Source: Squalus acanthias (taxonomy: Eukaryota). Taken from it: DNA of 64,000 bases. The notes below the pieces were generated by a model. It had not been told where the DNA came from, did no database searches, and saw only the letters and a list, made by a program, of their open reading frames with translations. Of the stretch, positions 49,790 through 63,985 are shown one piece after another. The stretch spans positions 26,724,001 to 26,788,000 of the forward strand of contig CM059433.1 of NCBI GenBank assembly GCA_030390025.1. Direction: 5' to 3'. A program made the position numbers and the translations under genes. Each line of letters opens with the position of its first letter. The stretch's first letter is position 1.

Positions 49790-50890
49790 AGAGTCACAAA
49801 TGACTGTGTGACTGTGTCCATGGTAAACTATCCCTCCTCATCCTTCTTGAGTGGTCTACAGCCTTTGACACGGTTGGCCACACCATCGTCCTCCAATGCC
49901 TCTCCTCCGTCATCCAGCTGGGTGGGACTGCCCGCGCCTGGTTTCATTCTTATCTATCCAGTCATATCCAGACAACCACCTGTAATGCCTTCTCTTCCCG
50001 CTCCCGCACCGTTACCTCTGGAGTCACCCAAGAATCTATATTTGGCCCCTCCTATTTCTCATCTGCATGCTGCCCCTCAGTGATATCATCCGAAAACAAA
50101 ACATCAGGTTTCACATGTACGCTGACGACACCCAGCTCTTCCTCACCACCAACTCTCTCGACCCCTTCAAATGCCTCAGATTTGCCACTCTGCTTCTCCG
50201 ACATCCAGTATTGGATGAGCAGAAATTTCATCCAATTAAATATTGGGAAGACCAAAGCTATTGTCTTCGGTCCCCGTCACAAACTCCATTCCCTCACCAC
50301 TGTCTCCATCCCTCTCTCTGGCCACTGTCTGAGGCTAAACCAGACTGTTCGCAACCTTGAAGTCCTATTTGGCCCAGAGCTCAGCTTCCGACCCCAAATC
50401 CTTTCCATCACCAAGACCGCCTACTTCCACTTCCATAACATCTCCCGTCTCCACCCCTGCCTTCTGCTACTGAAACCCTCATCCATGCCTTTGTTAACTC
50501 TAGACTCGACTATTCCAATGCTCTCCTGGCTGGCCTCCCACCTTGTGCCTTCTGTAAACCTGAGCTCATTCAAAATTCTGGTGCCCGTATCCTAACTCGC
50601 ACCAAGTCCCATTCACCCATCACACCTGTGCTTGCATTGGCTCCCAGGCTGGCAACGCCTCGATTTTAAAATCCTTGTTTTCAAATCCCTCCATGGTATC
50701 GCCCCACCCTATCTCTTTAACATCCTCCAGCCCTACAACCCTCTGGGATCTCTGTGTTCCTTCAATTCTGGCCTCTTGCACATCACAATTTTCTGACAAT
50801 CGCTCCTGTGAAGCACCTTGGGACGTTTTTCTACATTAAAAGCATTATATAAATGGAAGTTGTTGCTGTTGTTGTTGTTGTTGTTGTTAT
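49790..50890 (+). mobile_element. L2 LINE RT to 3' end
   Basis: FHMYADDTQL, QLNIGKTKAIVFG; (gtt)n tail. Confidence 0.88.
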
Positions 50891-51002
50891 GAAGCAGTAG
50901 ATTCCTTTCTTTGTGGGGAATGTCAGGGGAAGCTAAATGAATGTGATTAGAATTATAAAAATAGGGAAATCAGTTTCTTTTACAATATTGGTGCTTGAGA
51001 GA

Positions 51003-52085
51003 TACAACAGCTTGCACTTATCTAGTGCCATTAACATGGAGAAAGATCTCAAGGTGCTTCACGGGAGTGTAATCAGAATAAAAAAGCGAGACAAAGAAGG
51101 AGATATTAGGAGGGGTGACTAAAAGCTTTGTCAAAGCGGTAGGTTTTAGGGAGGGTCTTGATGGAGGAGAGAGAAGTGGAGAGGCAGAGAGGTTTAGGGA
51201 GAGAATTCCAGAGCTTAGGGCCTAGATGACTGAAGGCACGGCCGCCAATGGTGGAGTGAAAGAAGTGGGGGCTGCAGAAGAGGCCGGAGTTGGAGGAATG
51301 TAGAGTTTTCAGAGGGTTGTAGGGCTGGAGGAGATTAGGGAGATAGGGAGGGGCGAGGCCATGGAGGTATTTGAACTCAAGGATCATAATTTTAAGATCG
51401 AGCCAAGGGTGAACCGGGAGCCACTGTAGGTCAGCGAGTAGAGGGTTGATGGGTAAGGTGATGTCAATTTTTGTCTAATTACGTTCCTGTGAAGCATCTT
51501 GGAACATCTTAATAAATTAAAGGTGCTATATAAATGCAAGTTGTTTTTGTTTTAAGGAGGACTTGGTGCGGGTTAGGATACAAGCAGCGGTATTTTGGAT
51601 GAGATGAATTTTATGGAGGGTGGAAGATGGGTGGACCGACCAGGAGAGCATTGGAATAGTCAATTCTGGAGTTAACAAAAGCATGGATGAGAGTTTCGGC
51701 AGCAGATGAGCTGAGGCGGGGTGGAGATGGGAGATGTTACTGACGTGGAAGCAGGCAGTCTTTGTAATTGAGAGGATATGGAGCTGGAAACTCAGCTCAG
51801 GGACAAATAGGACGGCGAGGCTACTAACAGTCTGGTTTAACCTAATACAATGGCCAGGGAAGGGGCTGGAATCAGTGGCGAGAGAACAGAGTTTGTGGCA
51901 GAGACCAAAGACAATGGCTTTGGTCAAATTGCAGCTCATCCAGGACTGGATGTAGGAAAAGCAGTCTGGCAACACAGAGGCAGTGGAGGGGTCGAGAGAG
52001 GTCGTGGTGAGGTAGAGCTGGGTACATGTGAAACCTGATGTCATGTCTTCAGATGATATCGCTGAGGGTCAACATGTAGATGAGA
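51003..52085 (-). mobile_element. L2 LINE RT to 3' end, with a short plus-strand L2 tail inserted at ~51465-51550
   Basis: HGLAPPYL..IGGRAFSHLGPKLWNSLP; TQLYLTT..IQNTAACILTRTK. Confidence 0.85.
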
Positions 52086-52943
52086 AATAAGCTACTAGCC
52101 AACGTAGAAGGCAAACACCATGGAACATGGAAGCAAAGAGAAAGCACAGTTGCAATAAAATATTCATTTATATTTTATGATATAAGAATTTAAAATGAAC
52201 CATTTATCTTTACAGCAACATCTTTCTGAACATTGCACCAGCTATAACATGAAGACAAACAAAATGTGATTTGAAAATGGAATTAACAATGTGCCTTTGT
52301 AAAACAGAACACTAGTTCAATGCTACATTCTGCAAGGACAAGTACATCCAAACAAAACTAGCTCAGTTGGGCCACAATTAGATTTTCTTTTGCCTGTGCA
52401 AATTTTGGCCTACTGCACACCAATTCAAATTTGAAAACTGCTTCTGCCCTCGTCCCTACAAATTAATATGCAATATTTCAAAGGGCACATTTCCTAAAAC
52501 GTACTTCGGTATTTACATATTACTTCCAAAAAACTCTTTAAAATTATCAAGAGGACGTTGAAGAAAAGTAAAAAAATTCTTCGAATTCTTCAAATATACA
52601 TACACCTCTACAATTCCATTAACCATGAATCCTAATAAAACCATCAGCGCTCAGTCTACGAGCAAATCAAAATTGAAAAAGCAAAAAACGAAACAGAATT
52701 ACAGATAGAAATTAGTAGGAAGCAGTCAATGGAATGCGCCCCTGGTCTCCCTCAATTGTAAAACATTTTATGTAACTGAGCTGGCCAGTCAAGAAACCTG
52801 TTGAAATGAATTGGGGGATGGGTAGAGTCAATTTGCATTACAATCCTTCAGCACAAACAGTCCTGTACTTGGGATAGAAACTGTGCATCAATGTGGTTGT
52901 AGAATCACAGCACTTCACAATGGCTTCAGACACTCAACACATT

Positions 52944-53654
52944 GGCCCGGATTTTGCAGTTGTAATGATGGCAAAATTGTCAGTGTTCATCCTCATTATC
53001 CTGTGAATCTGGCGTCTGCACATGCTGTCAGTGATTCCCTATCCCTCCACATGTGCGCTGTTGTAGTCCTCGCAGACGGCAATCTTTTTGAAATTACATG
53101 AACTGATGAGAACTTCCCCTTTTACGCTCTAATATCGCTGTTAAAAAAACTCTGAAAAAGTTAAGTCTAGTTCAATGAGATGTAGCTGGGTTTTTAACGG
53201 CATACTAAGTCATAACTACTGCTGAACAACCTCTCTGGCCCTGAAAAACTCATTTTATATTTGTGGAATGTCAAATTTTTCCATTACGATAAAAATTCCA
53301 TGGTTTTTAATATAATCAAAAATATTATTTTTTTCTTTAAAAAGTTTGTTTATGATATTTCAGATTCTACCTTAATCCCATGTGTACGTGCCAATCTTTA
53401 TTTCGCTCTCTGTAAAATTGATAAAAAGTGAAGGATAATCAGTGCATTTTACTTCCTGGTTTGCTGTCAGTGAGGATTCTTCAAAGTGATTGGCTGCTTA
53501 GCCTGCTTGATGACATCACTGTTGCTGGACGCTGGAGATCCCCTTGAGTTGGCGCCAGAATCAAACTAACATCAGGAAAGGTGAAATTCACGCCACAGAG
53601 ATCACTAGATCTTTGTGGGCAGCTTTCTTCGCCGCTGACTGCAAAATCCGGGCC
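52944..53654. mobile_element. Harbinger-like MITE, copy A
   Basis: TIR ggcccggattttgcagt / actgcaaaatccgggcc; colinear with 57095-57832. Confidence 0.85.
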
Positions 53655-54492
53655 TTTGATTTAAAAAGAGGCAGGTTGCACCATTTCATGCAACTAAATA
53701 AGATATTATGTAACTCATTTAAGTGGTTTTTACCAACAAACATATTTAATTAAGTAGGCTATTGTTTATATGAAATCTTATGCAACTAAGTGGACTGTAC
53801 TCATATTTTTAGATGTATTTGTGTTAGAAAAGTTCACTAAGTTTCCACACACTTAACAGTTACCTAATATACCTTTTCCTCTTAGTTATCTCCCTTATTA
53901 TTTATAAAAATATAAATTACTAGTCTTATTTATAAGAAAATAAAAAGTACAGAGAAGGAAATATTAATTCACCCCTTCCACAGATCACATGTAATTTACT
54001 TTATCATTGACTCAACCCTACACATTTAATTTAATACGAGAAAATTCAGTATTAATGCTTACTGATCCCCAGATGTAGTCAAGCCAATCTCCAGATTATC
54101 TATCCATAGCTACTATTCAAACCTCAACAACTGGCCTCCAAAAATCACATTCCTCCCTTACTCCTTGGCCCCATTGTGTCCCATTGAGCATTTATTATCT
54201 CAGTCTATACTTATTCATATAACCTTTGATCTCTTTCCCAAGAGATATTTATCCACTTCTTGTTTAAAGGAATTATTTGACAAAACATCTGTGTAAATGA
54301 TCATCTCCAGCAGTCCCAGCCCAGAACTTTGCACACCGGAAGTGCATGCCAACACTGAAAATTGTGGGGCAGGGGCTATGCCAAATTCCAAACATGAATA
54401 TCAAGCAGGTGAAGCTCTATCGCGTGAGTGATGAAGATGGAAATTTATCCCGTCATCTGCTTTTGTGAGAATTGTGTTCACATGTCCACTAC

Positions 54493-54583
54493 TGTGTGTT
54501 TATGTATGTTTGTGCACATGCAGGCATGTGTGTATGTATGTGTGTGTATGTATGTGTGTGCACATGTGTGTGTGTGTGTGTGT
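54493..54583. repeat. (TG)n/(TATG)n microsatellite
   Basis: Visible. Confidence 0.9.
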
Positions 54584-54929
54584 GAAGTTACTTCTAATCT
54601 GTTACCTCTTTTCTCCCAGGTTAATTTTGAACTAATGGAATATCAGACGCACACACACACAATAAAATGGAACAGTGATTCTTGGTGTTCCTCACACAGA
54701 TAACATTTATTTCCTTTCTTTTGGGTTCTGTAGATTTATTTCTTCCCTATCCAACATCATTTGAAACAACTTCTATGGTATCCATGAATGTGGAATGCAT
54801 CAACTCAGCTTCCAATTTTTCCACTCTCAGGGAAGGGGGAACTGTTGTATAATTGGCCGCGGTTAGTGATATAATGACCAAAATTAATTGTGTATATTAC
54901 TTAGGATAGATTCATATTTATATCACAAC

Positions 54930-55345
54930 TCATCAAAACTCTGAGAAACATCTCAAGATACAATGAATTGAATTATTTTGAAGGGCAGTGACAGTTTTTA
55001 TATCGACAAACAGAGCAGCCATTTTTTTACACAACAAGATCCCACAAACAGCAGTGTGTTGAATTACCAACTACTCTATTTTTGGAAGTGCTGTTTGAGG
55101 GAGGAGTTCTGACAAGGATGCTGCTCTTCTTCAAACAATGTCATGAGATCTTTAATCTCCATCAGAGAAGGGCCTCAGATCAAAATGTCATGTGAAAAAG
55201 GCCATCTCCAACAGTGGCGCACTCGTCAGTATTGCACTGATTTTGCTGTCCTTGAGTCCAGATTTTGTGCTGAAGACCCGGAGTTGGGCTTTAATCCACA
55301 AACTTTTGATTCAAAGGTGAAAGCGTTACCAACTGAGCCAACCTG
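54930..55345 (-). mobile_element. Old SacSINE1/DeuSINE-like SINE
   Basis: Degenerate reverse-complement match to 62768-63237. Confidence 0.6.
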
Positions 55346-55519
55346 AAAATAACAGAAATAACATTTGCCATACCATGGAGTGGTATCATGTAGGTTTGTG
55401 GCCATGGTTACACTCTAGGAGAAAGATCTGATCTGTTTGTTATTTGGTGCAAAATTGTGAACAAGAATATTAAGAATGCACTTAAGCCCCAAAATAGTGA
55501 GCCTCTGCTCCTAGAACAG

Positions 55520-55681
55520 TGGAGCGAAATTGTTCTTTGACGGTAAGCACAAAACATGTGATAATGAATCGGCAGCCAGTTTTACACCTCGCACGATTAA
55601 AGTCAATGGAAAAAAATATCGGGCAAAACGGGTTGTCAACTCGCTATCACCCATTTTTCACTATTGCCCAATTTCACCCCC
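55520..55681. mobile_element. Short MITE remnant
   Basis: Ends ggagcgaaattg / caatttcacccc; central attaaagtcaatgg motif. Confidence 0.5.
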
Positions 55682-57094
55682 AGAATTTCATTCAATGTGA
55701 CAGCAGATCAGAGAATTGGGCACCGAAGTCAGCACGTCTGACTTGCAGTGTTCTCAATTTTCCAGCCTCTGATTTGAATTCTCTGGTCTGCTCTCTCATT
55801 GAACTAAAGTGCACCTGAGTAAAATCTTGCAATTTCAGGGGATTTACAATAATTGTGATAAATAGTAAACAGAGGTAATTCTTCCCAGGATGGGCTACAA
55901 ATCTCAGTTATGATGCCACGAGGAGAGGCCGAGCGCTTGGTTTTGAAGCAATATTGGCAGAGGCCTGGGAGCAGGTCGTCTTTCTGCCCTTTCAGTTGGC
56001 ATCCGTGTGTGGCACAAAGGAATCCAAAGAGAAAAAGAGGACCAGAAAATATCCTTAAAAATATAGAGGGATTGTTAAGCACATATCACAAAGTTGTAAT
56101 ATAATCTTGGGGTTCAGATCACATTCTATGTCACTTGAATAGCAGATTGTGCTTAATATCTTTTTTGCACTGAATTCATTTACGTACCAGGCTACTTAGA
56201 CAGTTGCAAGGATTTTTGTAAAACATTTTGGAGTTACAATTGGAAAAAGAAACGGGCTGAAAGAAAGCAGGTTCACGAGGGTCCTTGTCTTTTTTTCAGT
56301 ATGAGAGGTCAAAGTTTTTCTTCCAAATATCAGGCCTGGAACCAGATTCAGGAATAAGACAGTCTTAGGAGGTTATCGGTTTTTTTTTAAAGTCAGTTGT
56401 GTAATCAACTGAGCTAAGAGCCTTGTCAGTCTGAACAGGATTATAGCTTGGAATGCCTCACCCACAGTTTCAAAGCTACACAGTCCACCTCATGCTAGTG
56501 TCAGAGGATGATTGTATGAACAGAGACCTGAATAACATCAGAGGTGCTTTGTTTTCTGACTTACACAGATCAAAATGAAACCAGCTAAACACACGGCCTA
56601 CATCCTCAGGACTAATGGGAGCCTGGTCACTCCCAGAATGCACTGCTGGGCTACCCAACTGTGCAGCTGTTTCCTGAGGCTTCTGCCAATACACAGCCTG
56701 GTTTATTCCTATGCTTTTAGTAATGAGCATGGTTAAGCCAAATTAGTCATCCAATATTGGAGCTCATGAAATAATCTAGTTCTCCTTGAGTCTCCCAAGA
56801 GGCAGAAGAGCTTGGCTGTTTGATTCTTCATACAAGCAGATTCCAGCACTCAAATTCTTCCCTCCAAATTGAAGCTGGATAGCCTGCACTTTCTTCTTTT
56901 TGTTGGAGGTAAAGGCAGTATTAAATCCATGGAGAACTGCCTTGGCTATCTTTTGAAGCAGAGTTGGGGATGTCCCAGGAATATTGCATGTCATAGAGGG
57001 AAACAACCTTATTGCCAGCTCTTATACTGTCATTTGAGCACAATCAAGCCAACCGTAACCTCACAATTCAGAATCTCAGGAGTAAAGCAATATT

Positions 57095-57832
57095 GGCCCA
57101 AATTTTGCGGTGGTAATGATGGCGAAACTGTCAGTGTTCGCTGTCATTACTCCTCTGAAAGTGACAGCAACTTCAGGAGTCAGCACATGTGCAGATAAAT
57201 GCGGAAATCCAGAAGTTGCTGTTAGTCAATCGATGCTCCTCTACACGTTGCGCTGTGGAACTCCCCAGAGCCGGCAATCAATTCAAATCACACTGAGATG
57301 TAGTTCCTGATTAAAACTTCCTCTATTACACTGGAATATCGAAAAAGTTAAGCTTTGTTGAAAGAGATGTAACTGGGTTTTTAACGGCATTTTGACTGCT
57401 GAACAACCGTTCCTGAAAAACTAATTTTATATTTGTGGAATGTCACATTTTTCCATTAATATAATAAAAATTACATTGTTTTAATATAATAATTTAAAAA
57501 CAAATTTATTTATGATATTTCAGCTTCAATCCTTAATCTTATGTGTATGTCCTGATCTTTATTTTGCACTCTGTAAAATTTATAAAAAGTAATTATAATC
57601 TCTGCATTTTAGTTCCTGGTTTGCTGTCTGTGAGAATTCTTCAATGTAATTGCCTGCTTGATGATATCGCTGTTGCTGGACGCTGGGGATTCGCTTGATT
57701 TGGCGCCAGATTCAAACTAACATCGGGAGAGCTGAAATTCATGCCACAGAGATCACTAGATCTTTGTGGACAGCTTTCTTTGAGGTCAGCGGCGAGCGCC
57801 GTCACTTCGCTGCTGACCGCAAATTCCGGGCC
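57095..57832. mobile_element. Harbinger-like MITE, copy B
   Basis: TIR ggcccaaattttgcggt / accgcaaattccgggcc. Confidence 0.85.
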
Positions 57833-58657
57833 AATGAATTCTTAACTCGGAAGGGTAGTGGGCCCCTTGATGTAGGAGATGTCATAAAAATGCAAATGAG
57901 CTAATACTTGAATTATCCAATGACATCCACAACCTGTCTGCCATGACGCAGCTGCAGTTCTTAAAAATGCAACCATGGACAGTCCGAAAAGAAGAATTAC
58001 CATCATGCATAATGAATAAAGAAGTGTGGAGGACAGTCATAGGAGGTCCAATGATAGTCGATTAATGATGGTGAAATTGCTCATTGTATTGCCCCCAAAA
58101 TCCTGATAGTCCGCTCCAGTGACATAAGTACAGTGAAGCTGAACCTCCACCTGCCCTAGTCCCAAACCTGAGACCGTGTTCCAAATCCCGGAGATGGTGT
58201 CATTTGCATGGCCGGGTCAGATGCATCGCACCTGCAAGGATGCATCAGCGGTACACATGTAGAACCACCAGCTGAAATGTCAGTACCATTCCAATAGTGG
58301 AGAGGAGGCCTTCAAGGCTACGGAGAAGCTCCCATTCTTTACTGAGAGCAATCATGGACATTCCTGTCCCTAATAAAGGTTTGAAACCTTTCTACAGGCC
58401 CCAACGGAAGCCACACCAACCGAGACCTATGGAGGACATAAAGGGTACAATTCTCAGGGAAGACTGGGATCTTCCCAAGATGTGCCCCCTTGATTTGGGG
58501 GGAGAGAATGTAAGATCCACCCACAGTTATGCCACTGGAACTGGGGTGGAATCTCAGCATAAACTGGGTTCCTGTGACCCTAGGTGAAAATTGGGTTTTC
58601 TGCCCTATCCAACATCAGGAATGTCAAGGCCTACCTCTCTGTGGCTGCTCACTCAGT

Positions 58658-58950
58658 TTAGAAACATAGAAACATAGAAACATAGAATCTAGGAGCAGGA
58701 GTAGGCCATTCGGCCCGTCGAGCCTGCTCCACCATTCAATACGATCATGGCTGATCATCCAAATCCAGTACCCTGTCCCTGCTTTAATCCCCACAGTACA
58801 CATATCCCACCCTACCCCCGTAACCCCACATATTTAATTCCCCCTAACATATCCCATCCTATCCCCATAACCCCACATATTTAATCCCCCCCTAACACTA
58901 AGGGTCAATTTATCATAGCCAAATCAACCTAACCCGCACATTTTTGGACT
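58658..58950 (-). mobile_element. HE1-like SINE, 5'-truncated
   Basis: Near identical to 25979-26265. Confidence 0.85.
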
Positions 58951-58964
58951 TGATGGGTGCAAGA

Positions 58965-59220
58965 TTGCTGTCTGGATTTGACCCCCAAGTTGAGCTTTCA
59001 ACCTTACATCTGGTGCACCATCAAGGCCGCTTACTTCCACCTCCACAATATCCTTCACCTATGCCCTTATCTCATCCTCACTGACGCTAAAGCCCTCCTC
59101 CAGACCATTCTCACCTAAAGGCTCAACTTCATCAAAGCACTCCTTGTTGCCCTCCACAAATCAATTTTACATAAACTCCAACTCATCCAAAACTCTTTGG
59201 CCAGTGTTCTATCCTGCACT
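58965..59220 (+). mobile_element. Old L2 fragment
   Basis: FDPQVE..KAAYFHLHNI..KLQLIQN traces. Confidence 0.6.
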
Positions 59221-61614
59221 CAACCACCAACTGCTCCCCCCACCCCCACCCCCTTAACCCATCCATTTCTTTCAGGTCTGTTCAAATAGAAATTTTTAGG
59301 AAATGTTTTTCCCATTTTTTTTTCTCATCAAGCTCCAACCGCCACCTGATTCAACTCTCAATGCTCTCCCAAGCTGGACCTGATGCCACTGGTCTCCTCA
59401 TTTGGACTTAATGCTTTCTGATCTCCAGACCCAACAGCCCATGCTAAGTCTTCAACCCAACCCTGATTTTTGCAATGTTTTTCAATGATAATCGAGAACA
59501 TGGATAAGGGGTGTGCAGAAAATCAAAGTTCCTCTTTAAAATGTATGTCTGGGCCATATTAAGAGCAGTATCAACAAACTAAAAACTGTTAAGGATCTCT
59601 TAAGAAAATGCAAACATCCAAGTAAACTTACAAACACATAGTAAAGATTGTGCTACTTTTATCAACATTTTAACCTAAGTCTTTTGATATTAATGATATT
59701 CACATTAATATGTAGACAAACCAGCATGTCCTTTTAACCATAATGCACATTCCATTCATCTGCCATATAAATTCAAGCAGCAATCATATAATGATTCAAC
59801 AAAAACACAGCAATACAACCTACAAATTTAGACAACTATATGAAGCAAAAATCCCATCTCATTCAGGCCAGCTCACAAAGAGCTCATAAACCACATGAAT
59901 CATATAATTAGCCTGGAAACCAGCAATTTGGAGGAAGACACACACATCTTAAATGCAGAGATTCTAACTTAATGCGCCTTGGATTTCCTCGGACGTGGCT
60001 GTAGAGGAGCATGTTTGCTGCACTCTTCCTGGTTGGATCTTCTCTCACAATGGCAATTCTTTGCAGCTGACGATGATCAGCCTGGATTTCATGAGCCCAG
60101 TGCCCACCAAGGGTGATGATTCTTCCAGGTAGTAGTCTCAGGAGCATGTGTAGTTGAGGGTGAAGCTTTCTCAACCAAGAATTGTACTGCTGCCTCGAAA
60201 ATCAATATGGAGCTTCAAGGGATAAAACATGCCATAGTGTAGGCCTTCTCATAAAACGTTTGGCTGATCTAATCAAATTCCTGTTGGTGGCTTGATAGAT
60301 TGGAGGATCAATAGAAATCTGCTTAGCTTGCCAGGAGAGCTTCAATCTTAAATAAGCTTGCTTCAGAATTTACTCTTTCACTTGATAGTAGGTTAAACTT
60401 AACATGAATGTCTAAAAGGTGATCTGGATTGCTGGCCATCGTGTAGTGTGCTCTATATATCAGGAGGTTGTGGTCGCACAAATTAAAAAATCTTTCAGGG
60501 TCATTACAATAGACAGATCACTCAGCATATTGCAGGATCCAAAGTGTGGCTTTATCAATGAGTTATATCGGATTAAAAGTAGCTGTTTTGACTTATAATC
60601 ACATGCCCTTCAGAGACACCTTAGTGCTTTATGTGTGAGCCCTGACAGTGCCCAACACCATTCTCACATTGGATGATTGTTCCTTGTCTTAGTCCAGAGA
60701 CACTGAGGCTATATATAGTGCTCCTACTATCTCAGCACAGCCAGGGTTTAAACCTGGGACCATTTTTGGCTTTAAGGTGCAGAATGCCACAATACAGTGG
60801 ATTTGTTCACTTAGCTATCAGAAAAGTCCATTGCCAGAAACTTTTTCCGTGTGTTTGTGTAGATGTTAACAACTGCCGATTAAATGGCTCGTGGGCATGA
60901 TTTTCTTATGATCCATGACCTCGTTAATGGGAATGCTAGGAAACTGGCCCATCATAAAGCAGTGCAGTAGTGCTCCTTTCACAGTTCTCAAGTAGATAAC
61001 CACTATAAATGACATAAAGTTCATTCTGCTAGCTGTGGACTGTGCAAAACTTTGGCGATATGGCTCAGCACCCAGTTTGAAAAGCTTGGTTTAATGCCAG
61101 GGACATGAAGGGGCTAGTAGGTTTTACGACAGAGAAAAGGAATTCATTTCTTTTTGAGCTGCAGGGTATCAGCATAGAATTGAGACAAAACGCATTGTAA
61201 TACATAACAGATCAGAGGCAAGAAGTTCCGCAGACCCTTTTGACGGGGTGGAAGTGAAGGAGTACAGAATTTTGAGCTGCCGCTGACCCTGTTCCAAATC
61301 CTGATGAAGTTGCACAGGTGCACAAAGAGGTGCATAGAGCAAAAGGTAAGCATCATATTAATCATGTATTTTATGATTTTACACCATATCTTATTTTTTT
61401 AGATAATTCAGACATGCTAAAAGTAGATCATATCCATTGAATCACTCTAGTTGATCAATTTTGCTCCGCCAAAGAATTCCAGTAGATTTGTGAGGCGTTT
61501 CAAGTTCCTTCTAAACTATGCTGACCAATTCTGATGGAGCATTTTATAGCATGTCACTAATGTTCTTCTAAATAGCATCCTATAAAATGCTCTCAAGCCA
61601 ACATTAGGCTAATT

Positions 61615-62082
61615 GGGATGATTTTCATCCCCTCTGCTGGTGAGAACTGGGGCAGTAGTGCAATTAAAATAGCAGCACAACAATTACTGCCCCATCCCCG
61701 TTGACGTCCAGGTCATCGCCATTTTAGTTGGGCCTTGAAATGGGCGGCCTAGGTGCCTGCTGAAACTGGTGGGAGCCCATGTAAATTGAGGTCCTATGAC
61801 TTTAATAGGATCCCGATGCAATTTTGAAGTACCAAAGGGTGGAGTAGGCCTGGCGTGTACTCTGCTCATTGGTACGTGCGATGAGTGGCCTAACCAGCAG
61901 TCCTTAAAAGGACAATAGCAGGTGTTCCAAAAAAGTAAAAAAAAAAGGTTTGTATGCAATTTTTGTGCGGTCAGGGATCAGAAGTTGCATTATTTCTCCA
62001 AATGCACAAGCAGCTCGCCAACAAAATGATAGTGAGGACTGACCATGCCTCCTACAGAATTGGTCATCTGAAAATCCACCCC
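61615..62082. mobile_element. Harbinger-like MITE
   Basis: Ends gggatgattttca / tgaaaatccacccc; TSD att/att. Confidence 0.65.
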
Positions 62083-62767
62083 ATTGTTTTATTGTAGGTC
62101 ATATAAAAATGTGTAAGGAATAATTTTCCAATGTTGCACTTCCAGCAGGGAGCCTTGTCTGCCGAGAATGCATATGAGGTCATATTTTATAAAATGATAC
62201 AGGACGCAGACCACCTCCATCACTGTTGGTCATTTGGCAACTTACAAGTATTGCACCCTCATTAGGCAGAAGACCACAAACTCTTCACAAGTGGCATAGT
62301 GAGAAGCACAATTCACCATATAATGTGAGAGTGCTTTGCCACCCTCCTCACCATAGATGGTGCACACACCAGGCACCACTGAATGGTGGTTCTGGCAGTT
62401 GCAGATTCAGCAGCAACTGCTTGTGCCTCTGCAGCTCACTCATGGTAGGCACTGAACCCCAGACATATAAACACGTGTTGTTCTACCAAGCCTCCAGATA
62501 CATGCCTCAGAAGCTCTTCATTAGCTACACTATAGACAACTGCCTTTTGTATGGCGGAAGAGCCTACTTGTGATTTGCCAGTAAACTTAATTTTCTTGAG
62601 CTCCAAGCTGCATATCAGGCTTACTTACCATCAATATGTGAAAGTCACTGGCATGAAGATGTGCACCGCCATAAGGCAATGAGGAAGCTTTGGGCGATGA
62701 AGGGGCAGAAGAGGTGAGGGCTGATGAGGGGTTCACAGCAAAGGTCCTGACTGCTGCGTGATCTTCC

Positions 62768-63237
62768 TGTGTCAGCTGTGGCTCTGGGGGTAGCACTCTC
62801 ACCTCTGAGTCAGAAGGTTGTGGGTTCAAGTCCCACTCCAAAGACTTGCAGCACAAAAATCTAGGCTGACACTCCAGTGCAGTGCTGAGGGAGTGCTGTA
62901 CTGTCGGAGGTGCCGTCTTTCGGATGAGACTTTAAACCGAGGCCCCGTCTGCCCTCTCAGATGGATGTAAAAGATCCCATGGCACTATTTCAAAAAGGAG
63001 CAGGGGAGTTCTCCCTGGTGTCCTGGTCAATATTTATCCCTCAATCAGCATTATAATAAACAGATTATCTGGTCAATATCACATTGCTGTTCATGGGAGC
63101 TTGCTGTGTGTAAATTGGCTGCTCCGTTTCCTACATAACAACAGTGACTACACTTCAAAAGTACTTTGTTGGCTGTAAAGCGCTTTGGGACGTCCAGTCG
63201 TCGTGAAAGGCGCTATAGAAATGCAAATCTTTCTTCC
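62768..63237 (+). mobile_element. Full-length SacSINE1/DeuSINE-like SINE (tRNA head, L2-type tail)
   Basis: Head gtggctc..ggtagcactctc..gggttcaagtccc; core gatgtaaaagatcccatggcactattt; tail aaaggcgctatagaaatgcaa. Confidence 0.82.
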
Positions 63238-63714
63238 TGAGTCACTTCACAATTCATATTTTTGTGGGTTTGCTTTCAAAAAGAGAGCACAGCAACACTT
63301 GGACAATGTTGAGTAGTCCCTTGCTTCCCAATGGTCCATACACATGGCACTGGAAGGTTGTATTAATAGGTTGCCACCAAGCAGTCATAACTAGCTTCAA
63401 CTCCCTTGGGGAATACTTACAGACTACGATGGCATCATGAAGGATGGCCTCCAGCAATGCAAAGCAGGCTACAGGTGCTGCCTCCAAACTCACAGTTCAA
63501 ACAGTAATTCAAGCAAAGGACACTCCTGGCACTGTTGCAGGTATATCAGAGGAAGCCTTAGGTACAAGTAGCCAGCATTATGAATTCCAAGCAGCTGATT
63601 AGCTAGCTAAGTAAACAGCCACAACTGATACTTCCTCAACTGGGGAAGGACTTAGGAGCAGGGCAACCACACAAAGAAGTTTATAACTCAAACACCCAGA
63701 AAAAATGGGCTGAA

Positions 63715-63985
63715 TACATAGGAACATAGGAACAAGAGTAGCCCATTCAGCCCCTCGAGTCTGTTCCTCTATTCAATTAGATCACGGCTGATCTGTATTT
63801 TAATGCCATCTACCCACCTTGGTTCCGTAACCCTTAATACCCTTGCCCAACAAAAATCTATCAATCTCAATTTTGAAATTTTCAATTGACCCCCAGCCTC
63901 AACAGCTTTTCGGGGGAGAGAATTCGAGATTTCTACTACCCTTTGTGTGTAGAAGTGCTCCCTGAACAGCCTAGCTCTAATTTTA
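63715..63985 (-). mobile_element. CR1 3' end
   Basis: cataggaacataggaac tail; matches 32272-32510. Confidence 0.85.

Noticed and set aside
56776..57006. Possible exon or Academ-like LPPT..Y.A.IW remnant
   Set aside because: Motifs are in different frames and very short; no other supporting domain
59908..60174. 88-aa ORF in unique-looking DNA
   Set aside because: No recognisable motifs or splice context; length is within chance expectation
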